Shown here one piece after another: positions 50,343 through 60,576 of a stretch of DNA of 64,000 nt. Each line of letters starts with the position of its first letter. Within the stretch, counting starts at the first letter, position 1. Below the pieces are notes generated by a model. That model saw nothing but the letters and a program-made list of their open reading frames with translations, was not told the DNA's origin and did no database searches. This DNA comes from Macrostomum lignano (lineage: Eukaryota), in the NCBI GenBank assembly GCA_002269645.1, contig NIVC01000746.1:310001-374000 (forward strand), written 5' to 3'. The translations under genes were made by a program, and so were the position numbers.

Positions 50343-52281
50343 ATGCTGCAGTTTAGGATAGCTTGTCAAAATTCGTCCGCCCACGGACTGCCCCGGGCTG
50401 CCACCAGCGACAAGCCCGTCTACGTGAGAGTGGCCTGGCTGCTGCTCTTCCTGCTCTTTCTCTGTCTGTTCGTGCGAGGTCTCGTCGGATTCGTGAGCAA
50501 GCTGCAGAGCAGGCAGGTGAGCTCGTCTCTGGAGGCCAGCTCGGTGCGCTTCCAGTTTCCTGACGTGTACGCGTGCTTCGAGAGTCCGGTGTCGGGCACC
50601 TACGCGGCGAGCATGAGCGCAGACACTGTCAGGGAGTTCGAACGAGGCTGAACGACACGCAGACCAATTTCGATTTGTGCTACCAGAAACTTCTTCAGAA
50701 AGACCTGATTACAGGGACAAACCATATGTCTAGAAGTCCTCTAGCGAAGTTCAGAAAAAGCACCAGCTTGTTCCTTCCAGGGTCTCTGCCGTACCGGCTG
50801 CTTGTTGACGCGCTGGCGCACCGGCCTGAGCAGTCAGTCATGTCCAGTCAGATTCTGTTCACAAACAACCGGGGAATGCCGACATCCGAGAGCGTCGAAT
50901 TCAGCAGTTTCTACCACCTGAATTACCTGCGCTGCTTCCGCTGGAGACTCGCGCCGTCGACTCAAGAGAAGCTGCTGCGGAGCGGCACCACAGCCGGTCT
51001 CGAGCTGTCGCTGCTGCTCGATGGCAACTCTACATCACTTGTTTCGGTCAGCGGCCGCACTGTGGATTCCAGAGTTTACTCAGAGGCTCCAATGGACTCA
51101 GAAGATCCAACACACTGGAGCCCTGTGCACCTGTCCGATTGGAACTTCTTTGCACCGGAACAGAGTCAGCCAGACAGAACCTCCGGACTGAGAGTCTTCC
51201 TGACTCCTCCCGGCGAGTACCCGACCGACTTCGCCAAGTCCTACCTGCTCGCTCCTGGAAAATTTCATTTGGTAAAGTACATTACATTTCAACTGAGAAT
51301 ATACAGCCCAAAAAATGAATGAGTTCTGGCTTTCCTTTTAGATGCAGTTGTCATTGACTGAGCAACTCACAAAAGAAGATTCAGAATGCATCAACTATCA
51401 TCCGTCCGTACAATTTCTGAATAGTTACGATGAGGCACCGTACACGCACGAGTACAGCTTCTCCTACTGCTACTACTATGAGTATCACAAGCGTTGGCAG
51501 GATCAGTTGAGAAACTATTCGGGCCCGACCTCGCCGCTCCCGTGGCCTTTAAGGGGTAAAAAGAGTTACTTGAACTTTTCTGGACCTGCGGAAGAAGTGA
51601 CGGAGCTTCAGACCGACTGCAGTGTAAATTCTACGGATGTGGCAGACGAAATAGAGTAATTTTTGTTTCCTTCTTAACTTAAAAAAATTAACAGTATACA
51701 ACTTCCATGGATCTACATGGTTTTCCAATTCATTTCGAAGGCTGCAGGAGACCCTGGAAGTCTGCCGGGGTCGCGACCGCTGCAAGCTGCTGCAGTATGA
51801 CGCGACCATCTCCAGCGCCGATTGGCCCGCTCCATCATCGCTCAGCACCTACCTGGGAACCACCGTGGCCGCTGCCAGAGCCTCGGCCATCAGCCGGGGT
51901 CTCTCGGTTCCCGCGCTCGACTTTCTGGTCAGCAACGCCAGCAGTGCAGACGTTGCCGCCTACGTGCGATCCAACCTGTTGAAGCTGCAGATCCGACCGA
52001 GCCGAGTGCAGTGCGACCGCCTCATCTACGCCGTCGACTACGGCCTTGAGAACTTCATTGCCGATGTAGGCGGCATCTTGGGCATCTACCTGGGCATGTC
52101 GCTGCTCACCGTGTGTGAGCTCATCGAGCTCATCATCGATGTAGCGAGGCTCGGCGTCGGCAAGGGCGACTCGAAGGACCGGCAGGCCGACAGACCGCGC
52201 ACGGCCAGGGTGGAACCGGAGAGCGGCACGGCGGACGACGTTGCGGCTTCAGAAAATAACACTGGCGGGAAAGCTGCTTAG
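50343..52281 (+). CDS. DEG/ENaC (amiloride-sensitive) channel subunit, copy A; one 1-nt frameshift
   Basis: Exons 50343-51271, 51342-51655, 51741-52281. SAHG pre-TM1 motif, TM1, FPDVYAC, TM2 FIADVGGILGIYLGMSLLTVCELIEL with GxS filter. One nt is missing near 50643 relative to copy B; 594 aa if corrected. Start assigned by homology to copy B; an upstream in-frame ATG exists at 50175. Confidence 0.82.
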
Positions 52282-52599
52282 GATTTGTCGGATTTGATGA
52301 ATAAAATTTCGAGCATAGAATTTGCATGAGCTCTTTTAAACTCATGGATTTTAATTACATGGCTTAGGAATTTTTAGATATCTGATGAATGTGCCCCTCT
52401 CTGCCTGCCCTTGAATTGTTTCCACCACCCCCTTTGTTTGTGAGTTACTCGCCCTTGCGTGCAGCTCTATCCACCCCACCCCTGTGTTGGCTCCGTCTAT
52501 CGTTGTACGAGTAAACCGCACACATCTTCCCTTTCATTCTTTCTCAGTCGCCCATTGTATCTGTGCCCCGAAAGCCTCCCTGTGCCTGATTAGCGGAGA

Positions 52600-53090
52600 C
52601 TCGGTCAGAGAAGCCCCTTTTTTGTTGTTGTGCTTTTTTGCCATAAATCTCGTATAAAAATCAAAAATACACAACAGAATAAGCTTCCACAAAGATAGGA
52701 AGCTTTCCCCCAATAGTAAGCTTTACTCAATAGCAAGCATCCCCCGATAGCAAGCGTCCCCCAAAAGCAAGCATTCCTTAGATAGCAAGCACCCCCCGAT
52801 ATAATCCCCAAATTGAAAGCATAGCAAAACAATTCCCTCCGTTAGCCTTGACATCTCAGCAATTCCCCAACTCCCCCAGTTCCCCGATTCCAAAACTGAC
52901 GATAAATAAAAGCATGTTGTGATGCAGTCTTTATCAGAATCAGAATTCAGTCAGTCATCTTATTGTGCAGCATTCTTTCAATGCATTTTCAAGTCAAAAA
53001 GTCTGCTTGACCTTTGCAAAAAGCATGTTTTTCGGTATATTTAATCCCTCTAGCATTGAGAGATTTCTTAGCCACGACACATGTAACATA
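52600..53090 (-). mobile_element. Degraded Helitron fragment related to the FDXR-intron family
   Basis: Reverse-complement matches to the Helitron 5' region (gctaagaaat...aaaacatgctttttgcaaaggtcaagc), the gctgagatgtcaaggct motif and the 17-bp repeat. Confidence 0.7.
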
Positions 53091-53436
53091 GACAGATAGA
53101 CAGCCCATTTTTATTATTCGATGAGCTCTTATAGCAGGAAGGAAGGACGAAGGAAGGATTGACTTTTTGAGTGGTAGTCAAGTAGTGTAGTACCAGTGGA
53201 AGCTCAAAGCCCAGCCTACTGTTACTATTAGTACTTAAAGCTTGTGGTCTCTGGGCTGGTCGCGTAACTACGCCCCCAACCCCCCCCCCAAACAGTCGGC
53301 ACTCTACCAGTCGGTATGTTACCCTATCTGAGTACTCCGTATTTGTTTAAATCATGCAGAATTGCATTATTTGCATTATCCACAGAACTGAATAACAAGT
53401 GTGTAATTACTATATATTAACCAGAATTATCGAGTA

Positions 53437-53512
53437 TATTGCCGACGTAAGGCGGTGGGCATCTACCTGGGCATGTCGCTGCTCACAGTGAGCGAGCTCA
53501 TCGACCTCAGGA
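53437..53512 (+). pseudogene. DEG/ENaC TM2 relic
   Basis: attgccgacgta...gggcatctacctgggcatgtcgctgctcacagtgagcgagctcatcga matches TM2 of both copies, with indels. Confidence 0.75.
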
Positions 53513-54012
53513 CCGCGAGGCCGACTGATAGCGCAGGGGGCACTAAGAGTTGAGTAGCTGGCGACAAAATTGCAGAATTTACCTTCATCGGATACTGTTT
53601 TAGATTAATAGGTTAATCCAATACCATTTACCATGAATTCGGTTGTAAAATGAGCCTTGAAATTTAATTACTAAAAATTAATTTGCATTCTCTTTATACT
53701 ACTAACCGCTGCCGATTACCGACCGGAATCTGAACTCCAAACTAGGCTCAAGCACACTTCTCACCTTTGGGGAGATTTCCAGGATTTCCTGGATGGGGAA
53801 CATCCGGGATCTTAATCCTAGCAGAAGCCTGGGAATTTTATAACTTCCCCTGTATAATCCTTCAAAACAGTTTCGCTTCGTCACCTATGTTCATTGCACG
53901 AATACAGAACTGGTTATTGCGCCTCGGTAGCTCTCGTGTGCACCCAGAATCCAGTTGCTGCGGTAAATACGGCACTATACAGCCTGCAGCTTGGCTTGTA
54001 AATGTAAGTATA

Positions 54013-54624
54013 CTTTTTTGCGATTGAATTCGTCCAAACTGCAAAACCTTTCGTCCACTAACGCTTTCTTAATGGGAGCTAAATTTAGATTATACCATAG
54101 ACAACTGTGTTCACGCAAAACGGTTTATCCAGTTTGTAAAACATTTCATCTAAACCCTTCGACCAAACAGCTAACAGCTAAACGGAGCGACTTTATTTGA
54201 TATCACGAGATATTGAACAAAGCAAAAACAGTGTCTCTTGTTAGACTGTTTGTTCAAAATGTCTTCGTAGTCCAAACAGCGGCCGTAGTAACCCACAGTG
54301 TGATTGGTCCATTGCTGGCACTTCTCCTGTGTAATCACGTGCAGTGCAGCTTCGACCTCCCTCTTCAAAATGTGCATCCGCCAGGCATGCAGATATGCGT
54401 TGCTGTAGCTGTAGTGGTAGCAAAAGCGAACTGTCAATTGGGTGTTAACTATGGTAGGAACAGTACACTCGGTCTGTAGTCTAGGGGACGAAATGTTTTA
54501 CAAACTGGATGAACCGTTTTGCGTGAACACCTTTGTCTATGGTATAATCTAAATTTAGCTCCCATTAAGAAAGCATTTGTGGACGAAAGGTTTTGCAGTT
54601 TGGACGAATTCAATCGCAAAAAAG
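54013..54624. mobile_element. Non-autonomous Tc1/mariner (IS630-like) element with ~140-bp TIRs
   Basis: Long inverted repeats 54013-54150 and 54488-54624 flanked by TA. Internal minus-strand peptide EVEAALHVITQEKCQQWTNHTVGYYGRCLDYEDI resembles (from memory) the C-terminal end of IS630/Tc1-like transposases. Confidence 0.6.
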
Positions 54625-54935
54625 TATATTGCGTGTAAGTATAATTGTAAATATGTACTAAACATTCGTATATTACATCGACTGAATGGAAGAAAGAGAG
54701 AGTCTGAGGTTACTGCTGGCATCCTCTTTTGCGCTGATGTCTATGGCCAAATGATCAGTTTGGCTGCCGTTTTTTCGTCCATGTCTATGGGCAAGACCGA
54801 TTCTACTGCAAATCTACCGCTGCTGCAGACGATACAATTTTAATTCTATTTGAACACTGTATTATACTGATTAAAGTATTGTATTATTCAAATCTGTCGT
54901 TGCTGTTATTATTCCTGCAGATTGAGCTGCTTGCA

Positions 54936-56086
54936 ATGCGCTCAAAAGTCGTTGCATTTCTGTTGCTACTTTCGCTGATCTTCGCGGGCCTTCTATACAG
55001 GCATCAGGGATCACTGTCATTGATGCGGCCGGAGGCCATAACACTCAGACTTGCGGGAATTCGTGGCGTCTGCCACGACTGGAAGTGCAAGACAGCTTTG
55101 CACTCGACGATGGACAGAACCGACCGAGTGCCATGGATCCGGCACATTCTGTGGAAGTCCGACAGAGTGTCCGCCTACTTTGCAAAGCAGCTCAAGTCGT
55201 GGACCGACATTCACCCGGGCTGGACCTACGTTCTGTGGCGCGACGCCGACCTGGATAGATTTGTTGCCAAGCACTACACAGGTGCATTGCAGAAGTTCAG
55301 GTCGCTAAAGGAGAACATCATGCGAGTGGACATGGCTCGCTACTTGATTCTCCACCACGTGAGCGTAAATGTCTGGATGTTTATTAGCCATCATTATGCA
55401 AACTGACTCACCCGAGCTCGACCTTTCAGTTCGGAGGAGTTTACGCAGACCTGGATTACACGCTGGTGCGTTCGCTGGATCCCTTCCTCAAGTACACTGC
55501 CGTAGTGCCTATCGAGACTGAGGCTTTCGCTCTGCTCTACTTCGGCATGAGCAGCTGGCCACCGGACCTACTTGGAAACCCGGCGTTCATGTTTTCCGTG
55601 TCGCAGCATCCGTTTTTCTTTTTCTGCATCCTTCAGCTGATGGCGAATCCCGCCACCGATGTGTTCACGTTCGCTGGTCCGCTAGGACTCTCAGCCATGC
55701 TGAAGCGGTACGCCAGTGACCGACCGGCCGTCTCCGATCTCAGCGATGTGGTGTTCGTGCCGGTGTCAAGAGCGTTCTCCTCCTACGCAAACAACAGCCT
55801 ACGAAGCAGCACGAGCGAGTACAAGGGCGGCATCATGGACGCTCTGAACAGGCAGTGCGATGCAGTTCGAAAGTCGACCGTCTCTCCGCCAGAGTTGAAG
55901 TCCTACTGCAAGGATGTGTACAACCTGGATCCCATCACCGACCGCAGGGAGCTCGCGTTCGCCATTCACGACAGCAACAAGGCGCGGTCGTCCTACGACA
56001 AGCGAGGCTCGCCACAGTTTTACAAAGACTCTGTGAGCATTCGGACCGTAGTGCCGAATGTTCGGATGGCGAGTGAGATTATTTAA
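54936..56086 (+). CDS. GT32 (DxD) glycosyltransferase B, type II membrane; 2 exons, 359 aa
   Basis: Exons 54936-55358 and 55430-56086 (71-bp intron). N-terminal TM, VPWIRHILWK, IHPGWTYVLWRDADL, MRVDMARYLILHHFGGVYADLD, GNPAFMFSVSQHPFF, TFAGPLGLS. Confidence 0.88.
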
Positions 56087-56454
56087 CTGGATTGTAAATA
56101 CTCTAAAAATGATTGATTTTGCGTTGGATTTTAGCATTCTTTTCTGTTGGTACAGCAGAGCCTGTAAGGTTGTTCAATCTGACTCATGCAAATCGTATAA
56201 ATATCATGTACTAGTGTGTAGCCGAAGGTCCTACCATTGGACCGTATTCGTATGTTGGCGTATTTGCTGCTAATCACTCAAACTATTTTTCACTATTAAT
56301 TATTTACTTTGAATAAAACTACTTCACGGGATTCTATCCACGCTACTAAAAAAATCGGTTGTCCGATTGTAAAAGTTGGTTGTTTGTTGGTGTTTTTATG
56401 CCAAGGGCAAGGACTACTTAAGTAGATATACAGAATACTTCAGTCGTCCTTGGC

Positions 56455-56911
56455 CAAGGGTCGGAAAGTTTTTTACCTCATCCTCAAGGGCCAGATAGAG
56501 AAACTAGAATAGGGAGGTGAGATGTAATAGAGAAGAGAAAAAGGAAATAGGAGAAAGGAGAGGCGAGGGAATACTCGTAAAGGAGCAAAGAGGAGACGAG
56601 AGGAGAGGAGAGATGAAAAGGAGAGACGAGAGACGAGAGGAGAGAGGAGAGAGGAGAGAGGAGGAGAGAGGAGAGAGGAGGGGAGAGGAGAGAGGAGGAG
56701 AGAGGAGAGAGGAGGAGAGAGGAGAGAGGAGGAGAGAGGAGAGAGGAGAGAGGAGAGGAGAGAAGAGGAGAGGAGAGAAATGAAAGAGAGAGAAGATTAA
56801 GAGAAGAGCGCTGAGAAGAGACAATAACCTTGAGTTTCATGGACTTGAGGGTCGGATAAAGAGGCTTCGCAGGCCGCATGTGGCCTTCGGGCCGGAGTTT
56901 GCCGACTCCTA
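56455..56911 (+). mobile_element. hAT-like non-autonomous element with an internal GA-rich repeat
   Basis: 5' CAAGGGTCGGAAAG; 3' GGCCGCATGTGGCCTTCGGGCCGGAGTTTGCCGACTCCTA, typical of hAT ends; (GGAGA)n core at 56500-56820; no TSD seen. Confidence 0.55.
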
Positions 56912-59352
56912 CATGTATTTAATGCAATCCACGAAGCTGCCGAAAATATATGCAATCGGAGTAATTATTAGAATTACTATGGAATTATTGGTGTCCGATC
57001 AATATCGATATCGGCCACCTCCCATTGGCTGGCGCCCACCCTGCATCTCTCCCTACCCCTCACCCCACACCCCACTTTGCCCGCCCCAGCGCCTCATCCG
57101 CTACCTCGCCCTCTCACTCTAAATCCCACCCTCTCTCTCCCTGCCCCTCACTATACAGCCCGCAGCACCCAGCGCCTCCCCCAGCGCCTCCCCCAGCGCC
57201 TCCATGTAGGTAAGCCCCCTTCCCCCGACAAATGCATGCCCCATGTAGGCCACTATTTGCTGACAAAAGTAGGTTCAGTGTATTTAATACAAAGGTAGGC
57301 ATCAATATTGGTATAAGCCGAGCAAATGTATGCATAAATAGTGGAGCTAATTTGCATATTATATTGGCTCAGACGAATAAATTTTGGCGTAAATATTGAC
57401 CACAAAATCTTCATAGGCGCATAGGCATAAATTAGACACAGTGGAATAAATTTCGGCATAAATATGTGTGACATTGTGGTGTTATGCTAGTGTATTCTTA
57501 GGTTATTATTCTTAGTGCATTCTTAGTTAGTTATTATTTGCGAGCGCGCTGATTGGCTAGTGTGTTTCAGTGCATGTGCACTGCCCCGGGTAGTTTGTTT
57601 TCGTCTCACGCGTGGCTAGCATGGTGGGGTCTGGGCAGTCAGGCCAACCACCCTTTCTTTAGTCCTAGGGTAAATAAACGTGTCTTATAAAGAGCCCAGT
57701 TGTATGATCTCCCGGCGGGAAATTTGAGGGCTGTGTGAGCTTGTGTGAGCTTGATGTGTTCCTTATTACCAGTCCTCAACTGTAATCCAAGGACTACTTA
57801 ACAAAAAATGGTTAAGTAGTCCTTGCTGTAATCAAGGAACAATCACTTCTAGCTCAGTAGCTAGGCAACCCAGTAAGTCAACAGAAGGTATTCAATTACC
57901 TTGAGTCCTTATGAGATATCTCTTCAATGTGGATCTCGTGTAGATCTCGTCTGTAGTCACTTCTGACTGTCGTTCGTAGGTCGGGTCCAAGTCTTTTTCC
58001 TTCTTCAAATAGTTCCGGCCGGATTCGGTTGCTCGGACCAATAGGAAGCTTCCAAATTAACAATGGGATCCCTGCGCCAAACTGCGGTCTGAATTAAGCC
58101 TCCTTCTTCTGGCAGTGCCTCTATGCACTCTAGGTATAGCTCCGGAAACCACTGATAGTCCTCTAAGATCTATCAGGGGCAGTCCTTCTGGAGAATGCAA
58201 CCAGTAGAGTCTAAACAGACTCAAGAGTCTCAACAGACTCAAATAAACTCAAGTCTCAATAGACTTGAGCGAGACGTCTCTAACACAACGGGCGCAAATA
58301 AGGAAGGCTTACCGCAACAACTCGACCGAGTCTCGATTGACTTGGTTGATCAGGAAGTCCTCCTAAGGCTTCCTCTTCGGAGCTTCTCCTATCGTCGGGA
58401 GTTGGCTCCTGGTCCGCTTCGGACCACTTGTATTTATAGGCGAATTTTTGATCCAAAATAGCATCATTACAATTCACGTGTTGCGCTAAAAGGGGAAAAT
58501 GGCTCATGGCGTATTTTTCTGGTAACATCTTTTCCTGGTAGCGTGATTCATTCAAAATTTAGGTGCACATGCGTGTACTTACTTACTTATAGTAGCATTC
58601 TACGATTAACTTCTTTTTCCTTTTTTAAGGGAGGTAGAACACTCTACAAGCTTGTGTGAGCTTGTGTGTCATTCACGCGATATGTTCATGTGTAAATTTC
58701 TGAGGTGTGCGCTTAAAAACTCACACAAGCTCACACAGAAAGCTCACACAGCTCTCAACTTTCCCGGCGGGCTGGCTCTCTACGTTTTTCTACGCACTCA
58801 ACTCAATTACAAGCCTTGAGCTTCAATCTATTAGCTCGTACAGTATGCATATTGAAGCTATTTTAAGCGAAAAAGATGCAGGTACAACGATCCCACAGGG
58901 TCCGGGTCAACCCCTCGTGAGACAGGCATTCAGGGGACCCCAGAGAGAAGCAAAAGCGAGGTTCTACAGTAGCTGAGCGCCGGCCAGCAAGGTGTTTGGC
59001 CAGCAGGGAGTTAATCGCGACGTTGCTTCGATGCTCTATTAAGAGCAGCATTCTCAAGGTCAAACAATGCGATTCGACTGCCAGCGATTCCGACTAGCAT
59101 CTTGAAGGGTTCTGAAGTACTTTTGGTTGTTTCTGGCTTCTTCTCTCGTCTTTGCGGAAGCCTTCTTATTAGTTCTTAGTAGCGTTGGTGCTGCCACCAG
59201 TTCCTTCAGGTCTCGGCCTTCGGTGAGGTGAGCTTCCAGTCGGAACGAAATAACGAAGTCGACGAATTCAGCACGACGTGCAGATTTGCAGCTCAACGAA
59301 TGGGCGTCTCGTCAGCAGATCCTGCCGGGCTTGGAGGTGGATGGGAGGGCTA

Positions 59353-60046
59353 TGTTAGCCTCTCGTAGGCTCGGGGCTTTAGAATGTGTCAGTCAGCAGG
59401 GAACTCAATGTACGCAGACAGAACGGCTAGTCTCGGAGAACTCGGAACTCGGAAACGGTTAACAGCGGAAGGCAAACGAACCCTTGACGGAAACAAGGGG
59501 GAGAGGGGTCCTGTTTATAGCCGCGCTCGCCAGACCTCGTGACTTGTTCTATGTTTAGAACTGACGTCACTTGAGGTCTAGCTCCGGGCAGAGTGCGCCA
59601 GGCTGTGGTTCAGTATATATTTTTAGAGCTGACGTCACCCTCCGCCTTAGAGAAGGCAGGGTCTGCGGGCAAAGTGCACAGGGCCTCATGACTCAGTATC
59701 TATTTTTAGAGCTGACGTCACCCTCCGCCTTAGAGAAGGCAAGAGCCCCGAAGCACGTGATTCACCCGTAAACAGGACCAGCGAGTGCAGTAAACATGTT
59801 TACTGCACTTTAGGACTCCAAGAAAACAAGGCAAGGGAACAAGGGAAAGGGGACGGGAGCGAAACAAGGACAGCCCACAGCAGAGAAGCTGAAGGCTGAG
59901 AACCGGAGTACAGAAAACGAGCAGCAAAGGGGGAGAGGGCGGCAAACAGACAAACGAAGGGAGGCGGGAAGCTGACCAGCGGCAGACAGCAACCCCGGGC
60001 AAGGGCAAGGGCGAGGGAAACTGCTGACAAAGTGTGACGCCTAACA
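59353..60046 (-). promoter_or_regulatory. LTR-like enhancer/promoter (3 CRE sites, AP-1 site, TATA, 26-bp palindrome)
   Basis: TGACGTCA at 59562, 59630, 59713; TGACTCA near 59689; minus-strand TATAAA at 59519-59514; boundaries TGTTAG...CTAACA. No TSD or second LTR found. Confidence 0.4.
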
Positions 60047-60576
60047 TTAAACTAGCGGCTCACTACAGTTTGAACAAAGGACCTCTTGCGCCCAGAAGGG
60101 CTACGCTAGACCCCAGGCCTAGACTGGCTTGTCGTTGGCTCGGGAAATTTTGGCATTCAATTGCTAATTACTTACTGCATTGGAAGATTTATGAGACGAA
60201 ATTGTCAGCACTACTGGCAAATTATTTCCTCAAACGGTCACTTTTTGTGAGGATTTCCGTATCCCTAATACATTATTTTGCCAAATGGAACTTTGTTTGC
60301 TGAGCTGGTCAAATAATTGCTGGTGCTGTTAAGTACCTCGGCTTGAGTATGAAGGTCTCAGAGCTATTCCGTGAATACTCAATTCAATTAGTGACGCTTA
60401 GTTACGTTTGTCAGCTGCCAACCAGACCAGTGCAGGCAACACAATAGGTATATAGCCGTTCCCACACGTGCACTGTCCTGGGAGTCGTCAAGTGGCTTTG
60501 CAAAATCGCTAAAAACAACAGACTATCAAACTGAAACCGAAAAATCAGAAAATTCAACTTATTCAAGACTGGACTG

